A stretch of DNA of 62,680 nt, the filler included, from Rhabdomonas costata (Eukaryota), in assembly GCA_019059605.1 (NCBI GenBank). It is 43 parts of 43 records of this genome, joined end to end, with 100 filler letters (N's around TTAATTAATTAA, not from the genome) between each part and the next. Parts side by side here need not be neighbours in the genome. Positions count along the whole stretch, not along the records: positions 51,053 to 52,418 come from JAHMHO010018094.1; positions 52,519 to 53,884 come from JAHMHO010018095.1; positions 53,985 to 55,350 come from JAHMHO010018096.1; positions 55,451 to 56,816 come from JAHMHO010018097.1; positions 56,917 to 58,282 come from JAHMHO010018098.1; positions 58,383 to 59,748 come from JAHMHO010018099.1; positions 59,849 to 61,214 come from JAHMHO010018100.1; positions 61,315 to 62,680 come from JAHMHO010018101.1; 35 more parts are not named here. One strand, 5' to 3'. Both the position numbers and the translations under genes were made by a program. Position 1 is the stretch's first letter. Every line of letters starts with the position of its first letter. The notes under the pieces were generated by a model that was given only the letters and a program-made list of their open reading frames with translations, had not been told where the DNA came from and did no database searches. This document shows, one piece after another, positions 52,197 through 62,680 of this stretch.

Positions 52197-52756
52197 GTGT
52201 GCGCTGTTGTGTAGGTGTGTGTCACACTGCCAACTGCGAGGCGGTAGAACACGCTGGACCATCAGATAAAAACATCCCCCTGGTCAACTCCGCGAAAGGA
52301 TGCCAATCAATCCACACAAATCTGTATATGTGTGTGTGCGGTATGAGTTATGAAGCGACCACATAGCGGGGGAAAGCCGCTTGGTGATGGAGCGACCTCC
52401 GCAGCGCTACCCAAACCCNNNNNNNNNNNNNNNNNNNNNNNNNNNNNNNNNNNNNNNNNNNNTTAATTAATTAANNNNNNNNNNNNNNNNNNNNNNNNNN
52501 NNNNNNNNNNNNNNNNNNGTTGGTTCAAAATACCTTTCGGCATCGTCTGCACACGAATGCATCACATGACTGGAAAGCCTGCAAAACAATGACCGCGGCA
52601 TCCTGAAGCAAAGTTGCTCTCCGGAGGGAGAAATGGGATTCATGAGGAAGAGAGAATTTCTGGACGTGTCCCAACGGAAAGCTTCCCGAACACCTGCTGC
52701 GCTGGGATTCCCTTCCGGCACTCCTTCAGCAGTGTACCTTAAGGCTCCTTTCATTG

Positions 52757-52990
52757 CTCTGTTGACACTTCATGATGTCCTGGAGCTCTGCAGTGACGAA
52801 GCAAAGCTCTGCGAGTGGTTAAGGGGTTAAGGAGTTCTCCGAGAGCCGCCTTCCAAGTGCTCCAAATGTGGCTCTGAGCTGAAGGCCAGTGTGCACAGGG
52901 GCAAGCCTGGCCTGGTGTGTACTGGCTAGAAGTGCCGCCATAGAGCGGCTGCTGCTATGGATGGTCCCCTGCAGGGCACTAAGCTGATCG
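52757..52990 (+). mobile_element. Second degenerate Merlin/IS1595-like transposase zinc-ribbon fragment
   Basis: LCEWLRG*GVLREPPSKCSKCGSELKASVHRGKPGLVCTG*KC parallels FLASFGILKVPTVCPLCG...THRGREMLRCVDSGC at 3065-3190. Confidence 0.55.
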
Positions 52991-54734
52991 TATCCTTTTA
53001 TTCATCTCTCAGGGGGTTAGGAAGAGATGCACGTGCCCCCTAGATCAGAATATTTCGTCTCGCATGGGGTTAGGAGGCGATGCACGTGTCCCCTAAGAAA
53101 AGGTACAATGCTGAAGCTGCTATGCCTCCCTTCCTTCTCACGTCATCAAAACCCTCCTTTTCGCTCAGGTCACGCCTCACTACCATCGCGGAGGGGCAGC
53201 CTTGACTCTCAGCAGCCTCGCAAAGAAGCCCTCCACCTCGGCGTAGCTCCGCGCCGCCACGAGCTCTGCGTACATATCCCGCGCAAACCCGCTGACTGCG
53301 GAGCACCGCGGGGGTTTCGGGGGCACGGCCTCCGCGGCCATTGTTGCGAGGCTGCGCTCTGGGAACGGGGCCGGGGCGGGAACGAAGAAAGGCCGTTGGG
53401 TGAGATTTATTCGGGAGGGTCGCTCGAAGGTCGACCATAGGGAAGGGGCTCGTGAGCGTGCAGAAGAAGATGCCGATGGCCGAGGCTTGTCGGGAGAAGC
53501 GGCTGGTCGTACACCAGATGAGGAGGTGGAAAACCCCCGGCATGAGCCCTCGCCTGCCAAGCAGGAAGACACCACCACGGGTCTGCGAGTGCGAAGGGAT
53601 AGCCAGAAAATCAGGCGAGAATCCCAGCGGGACATCTTCTCCACGACAAAAACGAAGTGCGGGCGCGGGACGAACTCGCAAGAGCGGATTGCCACTGAGA
53701 GATGAGACGCGGGAAACATACGAAACTGTCCTTCCAGGAATGAATACGTTAATAAACATTGGGTTCAGGGTCCTTGACGGTTCGATGAGAATGAAAACAT
53801 CAATGAGAACATCGGCATGCACAGACAGGATCACAAAACATTACACACACCTGACCCAAGAAAAGCAGGATTTCCACCAATAACNNNNNNNNNNNNNNNN
53901 NNNNNNNNNNNNNNNNNNNNNNNNNNNNTTAATTAATTAANNNNNNNNNNNNNNNNNNNNNNNNNNNNNNNNNNNNNNNNNNNNGTGTGTGGTGTTGAGC
54001 TGTCGTTCTCACTCCCATTCGGCAGGGTCCCCCCAGAGCTTTTCGGGGTGGTTCAAGTGGAAGGCAAGCCGAGTCTCGTGCTTCCGCCTGGTGCAGCACC
54101 ATGGCTCGTGCCCCGAGCTGCACGTGCGCAGCGGACACGGCAAGGACGTCCGAGGTGTTTATGTGTAAGTGCGCGTTTTAACGTCCACCGGAGACTCACT
54201 CAGAACCAGTTGTCAGGACGGCAGCAAATGTGGTTTTGCATTTTCCCTTCTCTTCTCTTCTTCCTTCTCCCCATTCCGTCACGTGAGCTTTTCTCATTCT
54301 CCACCCACCACCCCCTATTCACGCAACTTCGTTGTTAGCTCCCGTTTTTTGTCCCGGGGACCTGCTTTGCCTCTTTTCCAACACAACACAAACCCTGTCT
54401 TGACCCCTCGCATATTCATTGCCAATTTTGTTCAAGGCGAGCTCCATAACCTTCAAAAGCTCCTGTGAAAATGGAAAAGCGGGAGGTGAGTTTGTGCTCG
54501 CCAGTGGGCATCCAAACTGTAGATGCCCGACAGTAGCGGTGAGGAAGCAAACGTTTGGGAAATACCCCATCGAGGAGTCAAAGAAGAGGAGACAACGAAG
54601 AGAGTGCAAAGAAACCATGCCAACGTTGCCACTGTTGCTCTGCTCACTGAAAATTGTATGAGACCATCACGTAAGGCCCCTTGGGCAAGAGTGTGTCCCT
54701 TGTTGTTGGTGTATGGGGCTCATCCGATCTGCAG

Positions 54735-54871
54735 AGGTGCTGATGTACCACATTGACACGGACGCCAGCAACCAAATGAAGATCCGCCGGATGCTGGGCA
54801 AGGTTGTGGAGTGCCTCCCCCTGGGAGACTCTGCCAACGAGGTCTCGCAGCAGGAGTGGGAGATTCTCAGG
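54735..54871 (+). CDS. Exon of unknown protein
   Basis: TGCAG| and |GTACTT borders with GC3-rich codons: EVLMYHIDTDASNQMKIRRMLGKVVECLPLGDSANEVSQQEWEILR. Confidence 0.45.
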
Positions 54872-55450
54872 GTACTTGTGTCCCCTGTTGTTCGTTTGTG
54901 TTCCCGCATTCCCTTCACAACAAGGAGGAACGCTGTCTGTAAAGTTGGTTCCGCACTGCACAAGGGGAATTGGGGGGAGGGGTCTCCGTACACGGCAGCC
55001 TACATCCCCCGCACTTTCAGGTTGTCAGCAGGTGAAAAATCGTGCACACAAACTTCGTCATTCACTTCCTTTTTGTACAGCAAAAGCACAACCGCCGGAT
55101 AGACCGTTAAAATAGAAAGCGTCAAAGAGTACCGGGAGTTGAGTACCTTGCAGGTGCAAGGTTTCCTTCTCGTTGTGTTCCTGTGAGTTGGGGTGGGTGT
55201 GGATGCTCGGCTGGTGACCTCTACGTCTCTTTTCGAGAGTTTTGGAGTGTTTCTGGGTGGCTTTTTTTTGCTTTGTCATAGAAGAGTTGTAAGATGCATG
55301 GGGCAGGCAGAGATTTGCGTCCTCTGATGTGGTGATCCGGCGCCCAACACNNNNNNNNNNNNNNNNNNNNNNNNNNNNNNNNNNNNNNNNNNNNTTAATT
55401 AATTAANNNNNNNNNNNNNNNNNNNNNNNNNNNNNNNNNNNNNNNNNNNN

Positions 55451-55900
55451 GGCTCTGCTCTCCCTCCAGTGTATCCGCCCCGTTTCTTGCATCCGCGTAT
55501 GGTCTCCTTCATTCCTCTACTCGCCCCTGCCTCCTTCCACGGAACAGTTGGCCTCACTTCTATTTGTATGGTTCTACTCCCTCCGCCCACTCCACAGGAA
55601 TCCCTTCCCCCCACCGATTTGCATGCCTGTGCTCTTTTGCAAGCCTCTCTACGTAGGTTCTCTCACCTTTGTCTTGTCACAGACAATTCCTCTGCCTTCT
55701 TCTCCACACTTCATGGCCACTGCTCTTCGCGCCACTGGGCGCGTGTTCGTATTCTTAGGCGCATCAATCGGATTTGCCTTACTCACAATCTACAACTGCA
55801 ACTAGCGCTCACACCCTCACACAATAATCCGGCTGACCCCTTTTCCCGCTTCGAACGTTGGGCTCCGCTGCACTGCGTGGTTGAATCGCTCTCTCGGAGC
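55451..55900 (+). mobile_element. RNase H domain of a DIRS-order (DIRS/Ngaro/VIPER/TATE-like) retrotransposon, degenerate
   Basis: LCLVTDNSSAF (TDN at 55679)...RILRRI...NLQL...PSHNNPADPFSR (NPAD at 55826); intronless; the first two acidic residues are not evident. Confidence 0.65.
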
Positions 55901-58636
55901 AACACACTCTTTCTCACCCGCTACTCCCACCCCATCACGCGGTTTTGGTGGCTTCCTCCGGTTTCCCCTCGGCTTTGTTGCTGTGATGTCTTGTGCCCTG
56001 TTGGAAAAACTGAAGTTTCCGAAGGAAACCCGGTTTTTTTTCTGTCCGGGACATTGATTATGACCATGGTTATATAAAACCACTGATCATAACCAACCAG
56101 GTTTTTTGTTACAGCCCTGTAGCTGATGAGGATACTTCAATTGAGATGCCACACGCGGAGGCGTGAAACTTTAATGAGATTGCTATTGGTGAGCCTGCTC
56201 CCTTGAGAGAGCGAGAGAGTGAGAGAGTGAGAGAGCTCATGTTCCTGTTCTTTGTTACTCGACCTTCTGTGTGACCTTGCACGTGTCCAGAACACGAGGC
56301 AAACGCTTGGAGGGAGAGAGATCTGCAGAAGCGCAAAAGCGGTCCCAGGTTCCACGATGACCCAAGCCCAAATAACACGCAACAGGGCAGAACGAAAATG
56401 ACTCTTCCCAAGGAGACAAGCGAAGATACAGGGGGTGCGAAATTGGGTCGAAAGTAATCTAGCGTTAGGTTAAGGAGCTCCTTGCTTGGGGACAATAGTG
56501 TCTTGGTAGAGTGGAGGCCGCCGATATGCAAAACTACAGATGGCTGTTGCTTTGGATGTAAGATGCTACCCTACTGTGACTGGCGGTGGTGGCAAGGCCC
56601 CATGCAGTCAGAGCGTGGCCTGGTGCTATGATCCAAAGCATAACCCGTAAAATGGCACGGGGCCCCAAGTTCTCAAGGGTGATGCTGCTCGCTACACTTC
56701 GCGCTCATAATTTCTAAGATCGAAGACAGAAGCATGATCGAGAGAAAGATGGCCGTAGGGTGGGGCCCCACCTCGCAGGGGGCATGTCCTAGGCTCCCGG
56801 GCTCCTGCTCCACAACNNNNNNNNNNNNNNNNNNNNNNNNNNNNNNNNNNNNNNNNNNNNTTAATTAATTAANNNNNNNNNNNNNNNNNNNNNNNNNNNN
56901 NNNNNNNNNNNNNNNNGGGTTTGGGTTAGGTTAGCATTTCAAAATTGACACGGCGATATTGATATCCTTCTAGCAAGGATAGCTCTGCCGTAGTATTGCC
57001 GCGCTGCTTCTTTCCAGTAACGTCAAGAGCAGGACATGATACTCTTGTGGGGTCACCCAAGCTATTTTCAGAACCGTCAGGAGTTTGCGATGATAAATTG
57101 CATCGGAGAGAAAGGGTACTGCAAAGGGTGTCCCACACATACACGCTGGAGAAGCCTACGAGAAATTGCCTCGCAGCACGCGAAGAAAAGAACTGTTCGT
57201 TTTCTTCGCTGATAAGTATTCTCCCCTCGGTCACCTTGGCGATCTCGCAGGAGTGATGTTCCGGCCCAGGAGCGAGATCCCGTTCATCAGTGGTTCCAAT
57301 GGTGACCTCCCCTCTGTGAAGAGCGGTGACGGAAACGATTCGGAGCTGGAGCTGGGAAGCTGACGGTGTGAGAGAGGCCCCACAGCTCCGGGGGCACGCC
57401 GAAGCCCCTGCCTGTGCGGCGACTTCACGTAGAGCGGAGAGCGTAGAGCGTACAACCGTGTGTGGGCTGTGCGCACCGGAAGTCGTTTTGTATAAAATGG
57501 TGGCGGTTGCCTTTTGACCCTGAACGTTTGCGGGCATAGTATCAAGTCGAAGGCGACGAAATCCATAACTTTCTCCTCGGTGTATTTTGGCCTGAGGGTA
57601 ATCGATAGGTTTTCATTGTTTCTTTTGGAAGAGTCCTGTCGACAACCACATTCATATGCCATTTTTAATGGGACACCCTGTAGCGTGGTCATCTTGATTT
57701 CTTCCAGTGGCTGTGATCGTCTAATACCGTGTGATATTGCTGGGAAAGTTTAACAAAGGCATTAGGCTAATCAGCGGAAGGTTCTCGCGTATCCCTCGAA
57801 ATCATGTCACCAAAATTTCGAACCCTTGTATTTGACCTGTGACTTCGTCAAAAAGGTGGGTGTATTTTCATCAAGAATGCAGGACGTGCCGAACGCTACC
57901 CCAGAGGAGGACCCCGCTTCAAGTCAACTGGCAGATACAAAGAATCATGATCATATATTGAGGATTCCGTTCTTTTCCCGAAATCAATAACAAGAAAACG
58001 ATCCTGAAGTTGTTTGCTTTGGTCCAAGACGAGCTTCCCAAACGCCGCCACCAATTTGCAAAGACGCACGGGTGCAAAGATGCAGGCGCGGAAAGGAAAA
58101 CGGCCGGTCGGGCAAAGTCCCCCGGGCTGCGCGAACCTTCCTTTTGCGTGCCGCCAAACATGCCGATGCAAAATGCCGCAACTGCCCAACGGAGTTCCGC
58201 AAGGTCGATTAGCTAATACCGTTTTACCAGCGCACTTCCGGCGCTTGAAGTGCATTGACCCCGAAAACGGTCACCACCACCCNNNNNNNNNNNNNNNNNN
58301 NNNNNNNNNNNNNNNNNNNNNNNNNNTTAATTAATTAANNNNNNNNNNNNNNNNNNNNNNNNNNNNNNNNNNNNNNNNNNNNTGTTGGTTGTTTGAGAAT
58401 GGTTATTTACAAAGTTTTGGATTGGATTACACGCGCACCTACACGCGCCTTTCTCTCTCATGATAAGGTCAAGGATGATCACGGCAATGGCGGTGGCTGA
58501 GGTCCTGAGCGAAATCTCTCTTCCAAAAAAACGACACTGCTGTAAAATCGATCACTGTCTTCGTTGCTTCCGTGTAGGTTCCTATTTGTATGAGTGCCTG
58601 CCACTCGGTGTGTGTGTGTGTGTGTTTGTCCGGTAG

Positions 58637-58846
58637 GAATGCGCGAAGTTTGTGGAGAACGCGCTGATCCCGATCTACAAGGAGGGCGACGACGGATGCA
58701 TTTTCCAGGACGGGGAGGTGACCACCCCGAAGGGCTGGAAGGAGGCCTACCAGGCCTTCTGCGAGGCGGGCTGGCCGGGGCTGTCGATGCCCCCGAAGTA
58801 CGGCGGGCAGGGCATGCCGTACTCTCTCACCCTGGTCAAGACCGAG
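58637..58846 (+). CDS. Acyl-CoA dehydrogenase (FadE5/DmdC-like subfamily) exon
   Basis: ECAKFVENALIPIYKEGDDGCIFQDGEVTTPKGWKEAYQAFCEAGWPGLSMPPKYGGQGMP; 210-nt phase-0 exon, TAG| ... |GTCTGC. Confidence 0.92.
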
Positions 58847-61315
58847 GTCTGCCTTGGCGCGGGGGCAAAGACGGACCTCTGTGTGTGCGCGTCCACCAAA
58901 TAAGCGGGCTCGGAATGGGTTTGAGAGCTCGTGGTGTCGAAAGTGCAGACGAGCGTTGTAAAGATTTGATGGCAAATGCACACACAACTAAAATATGTCA
59001 CAACGGCATGCAAAGCCAGAGAGGATTAGAAGAACACGTCAAACAAAAGGGAGACACGGCTGCACATCTGAACAAAGAAGCCAACCAGAAGGAATGGCGA
59101 CGAGGGGAAATGTGTGGGTGATGGGCTGGAGGGGCAGGGAAGGGGAAGAAAAAACATAGGAAAATCTGACGGTGCATCTTAAAGTTGAAGCGAATTTGGT
59201 CCCTAGTGGCATGAGACACCCCCTCCCTTCCGGACATCCGAATCGGGTTGGGAATTCGTGCTGTGATATTCTGTGGGCCATGCTTTTGTGCTCTAGGGCG
59301 TTGTGGGGCTGCTGTTGCTTCTTCGTTTTTTTTCTCAGCTCTGTGCTACAGCGAACTGGACGTGGCAGGTAGGCTCACTTCCTTTCCCTCCCCTTCCCTC
59401 CCCTTGTCCGTCACGGGTGTATTGCGCTAAGTAGTCGCGGTCTCCACGCTACCTACTTATTTCCATGTCCAGCCGTACACTGTCGTTTTTGTACCGCATT
59501 TTGACCGGTTTTTTACCGCAAGTTGAAATTCTTCCTTCCGGAATGGTTCAGCCATCACTGCCACGTTCCGCCGATGAAAGAGACGGAAGCCCTTCTGACG
59601 CCTGCCTTTTAATATCGTCCTTTAATGTGATTCATGCGGGGCAAACGCACCTTGAAACGCTCCGGTAATTAATTTTTTTTTTGCAGTTTTTCGCTTCCGG
59701 TGAGTAAGAGGGCGAAGCCCGAAGCAGGCCAGCAGGCCTCCCCAAAACNNNNNNNNNNNNNNNNNNNNNNNNNNNNNNNNNNNNNNNNNNNNTTAATTAA
59801 TTAANNNNNNNNNNNNNNNNNNNNNNNNNNNNNNNNNNNNNNNNNNNNGTTGGGGGGGTGAACATGTCCCAGCAGATAGAGAAGCTGCGGCAAGAGATGA
59901 ACTATATGGGAGGGGGCATCTGCTGAGCACTGGAAAGGCGACACGAGCTCGGGGGGACGAGTTGGATCAGAACTGGAGGGTGCAAGGGGTTTCAAGAGGA
60001 GAGAGAGATACATGGCTGCGGGGGAATAGCGGACAATCTCCCGGGGCCTGGCTTCAGTGGCTGATCCCTGTCACAAGATGCGCTTTAAGCAGCTAGCTTT
60101 CCGGCAGGGTAGGTATCCCACCGAGAATGTGACCTTATAGGGGCGAGGATGATGACAACGGGGACATCTTCTCCGGAAATACAGGATTCAAAAATGGGTC
60201 ACAAGCTCGACTCAACTTCTGTTTCAATGGGTTTCCAGATTTTCTTAACCTCACGGCACCATCGTTCGTTCTGCTAAGCAGTAATTTCCTCCTATTTCCC
60301 AACAAACGGATGATTCACCATTTTGTCGACCCGAGTGCCAACCACACCTAAAGCGCACTTTTATCTACTTTCTGTGGCGATTACGTCCGCGGAAAGCGGT
60401 CTGTGGAAAGCTACGGCCCTGCTAACTTTTTTGTTGCAACCGCTGTGCTTCCTTATTGTTTCCCCCCACTCTTTGGTGGTTCCTCCTTGGCTTCTTGCCC
60501 CGTTTTCACTCATTCTCTTTCATGACTTTGTGCTGCCGTTACCCTTCTTGCGTGAATATTACGTAGATCTGCATTAGAAATTTGTGATGGCAGCACGGTT
60601 CACGTTCTCCTTATCGGGGGCGGGGGGATTACGGTACCTGGGGTTTCTGATACACCTCGGATAGGAGTATGTGACTTATCTTTTTGGAAGCGTGCGGGAA
60701 AGGGGTGCCAACCCCCCAAATCGGACTGTCAAGGACGGGTACATTCACTGAGACACCATGTTGGTGTTAGGCGCCTGTGCGGCTAAGTTTTTTGTCCATC
60801 ATGCTGGTAGTATGCTTAATGCGCATCTCTCAACCCTAATTGCACCTCCAGCACGTCGGTTTAGGTCACCATCCAGTATTACTATGAGCCAACACTTGTA
60901 CAACAATTTATCTGAAGCACAGGAAAGAAGAACAAAAAGAAAATATTTCTTAGTGCGCTGGGAAAATACACGAAAGGAGAAAGATAAAGAGAGAGAAAAG
61001 GGCACAGAAAACAGGAAACCGCGCACATGGAGAGCTTCGTTAGGTGGGCGGCACCGGAGGAAAGGAAAAAGGAAGGCACAACACAAAGGTGCGAGGGCAA
61101 CAGCCGTTTCCGTGTCCCTGGAGTGGGAATGCCGAATACACCCCAGGACTTGCAATTGTGGCTGCGGAGGGTTCGACAAGGTAAAATAATGCAGAAGAGA
61201 ACAGAACACAAACCNNNNNNNNNNNNNNNNNNNNNNNNNNNNNNNNNNNNNNNNNNNNTTAATTAATTAANNNNNNNNNNNNNNNNNNNNNNNNNNNNNN
61301 NNNNNNNNNNNNNNG

Positions 61316-61748
61316 TTTTTTATGCTATTTACAACAGCATTTTCCAGTGGACACACACAAGGGCACAGAAACGTGGGGCCCCAGCAAATTGGTGCAAAGC
61401 AGGAGGCACACACCAATTTGCTGAGGTGTGCACACCACTGGTGGTCCCTTCTGTGGTTTCAAGGGAGAGGAGTAGGGTCGCCTCAGCCGGGCCGGTCCGC
61501 AATATGCTGTGCCCAGGGTCACCCGGAATTTTACGGTCTTGTGTTTACAATGTTTGCAATAAAGTCGTTTACAAAGATTCGAGGTGCTCCGGCTTCAACT
61601 GTGACGTTTATTGATCAAATGTATTCATCATCATAGTTACTTTTGTCGTGGCTTTTTTATGCTATTTACAACAGCATTTTCCAGTGGACACACACAAGGG
61701 CACAGAAACGTGGGGCCCCAGCAAATTGATGCAAAGCAGGAGGCACAC
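61316..61748 (+). repeat. ~95-bp direct repeat (61316-61411 and 61654-61748)
   Basis: TTTTTATGCTATTTACAACAGC...GCAGGAGGCACAC duplicated with one mismatch; the first copy is at the contig start, so it may be chimeric. Confidence 0.8.
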
Positions 61749-62680
61749 GCCATTGACAGCGTTTTTGTCGAACGTTGTATTTTGCCCACGAAGACCGGTG
61801 AGCCATTTCTTGGCCTATAAAGGCGTCAGATTTTCGCGCCGAGAACGTGAAATTTAGTCTGGTTTGTCCTGTGCCGTCGGTAAAGATTATTAGGTTCTGA
61901 TCCGGTTCAGTCATTGTTCCGGTCGTGCGCGAATCAGCGACCCGAGGTCTCCTGACTCAGCAGAACTCAAGATGTCGCTGAGGTGAGCCACCACCCCGTG
62001 GGGCCCCTCCGTGGGTACAGGGCCCACCAGTGCCTGCCGAGAACAATCGCGAGTCGTGCACGCATACAAACACACGCCGTCTCCATGGTGGTGGTGGATG
62101 CTGATGTTTCCTGGTTCGCTTCTCCGCAGTTTCAGCCAGTGCTTTTGCTGCGCTTGCCTGTCTTTTTATCTGTAAGCTCCGAGGCTTTGCGTCGGAATCG
62201 CCTTCCTCGAAGACTTCTCCAGCCGTCGCGGTGGCAGCGGACGAGAGATGTCTAAAGGTTTGTTCTGCTGCCCTCTGTGACCTCTTCTCGCGCTCATCGT
62301 CCGACCGTGTTTCTTCAGCATTTTGAGTTACCATTCTTCGCGCTGTGAAGCTTGAAGAGAGAGAGAGAGAGGAGCACTCTCCTTCGGCGATCCTCCGGCG
62401 ATCCTTGTTTTGGGTGTATTGGCTACGTGTAGGTGTGAGGTTTCCTGTGACTTTCACTGACACTGTCCTTCTGAGGGAGAGTGAGGAAGCACTGCCTAGT
62501 GATGAGGAAGGCTCGCCCGAAAGTTGCCTGTTTCAGAGCGTTGTCTTGCGCTGATGCTGGCATCCTTTGCATCCTGGCTTTGATCGCCGAGAACGGACTT
62601 ATTCTCGTTCACGTTGCCGAGTGGAAGGGGAGGACCGCGGTCTGCATTCGAAAGTTGTAGCAAGTGTCAAACAACACCAC

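Overview
This is not contiguous DNA. It is 43 unrelated contigs of about 1.36 kb (one is 1.11 kb) joined by 100-nt N-TTAATTAATTAA-N six-frame-stop linkers. The contig ends carry G/T-only 5' tails, A/C-only 3' tails and fold-back inversions, as expected from random-primed whole-genome amplification. Most contigs come from an intron-rich eukaryotic nuclear genome. It is probably a euglenozoan, most likely a euglenid; the clues are donors with a pyrimidine at +4, bacterial-type class III cyclases, a DIRS-order RNase H and a 15-nt match to the Euglena spliced leader. Exons reconstructed by hand encode a DEAH-box helicase, an R-S-E type ADP-ribosyltransferase, ankyrin repeats, thiolase, a TRAF zinc finger, an RRM protein, a beta-helix protein, a Ser/Thr kinase, an aldo-keto reductase, an archaeal-type asparagine synthetase, a FYVE-like/F-box protein, a class III cyclase, an FtsH/YME1 protease and an acyl-CoA dehydrogenase. 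Decayed Merlin/IS1595-like, DIRS-like, USP-protease and AT-rich virus-like sequences are also present. The most unusual signal is four apparently non-coding contigs (17599-18965, 19066-20433, 36661-38027, 45200-46565) that share short motifs. Two of them carry about 17 copies of a covarying DNA mini-hairpin, GA-XC-GNA-GX'-GA, which suggests a separate structured replicon such as multipartite mitochondrial or extrachromosomal DNA. All family assignments come from recognising motifs by eye; no database searches were run.
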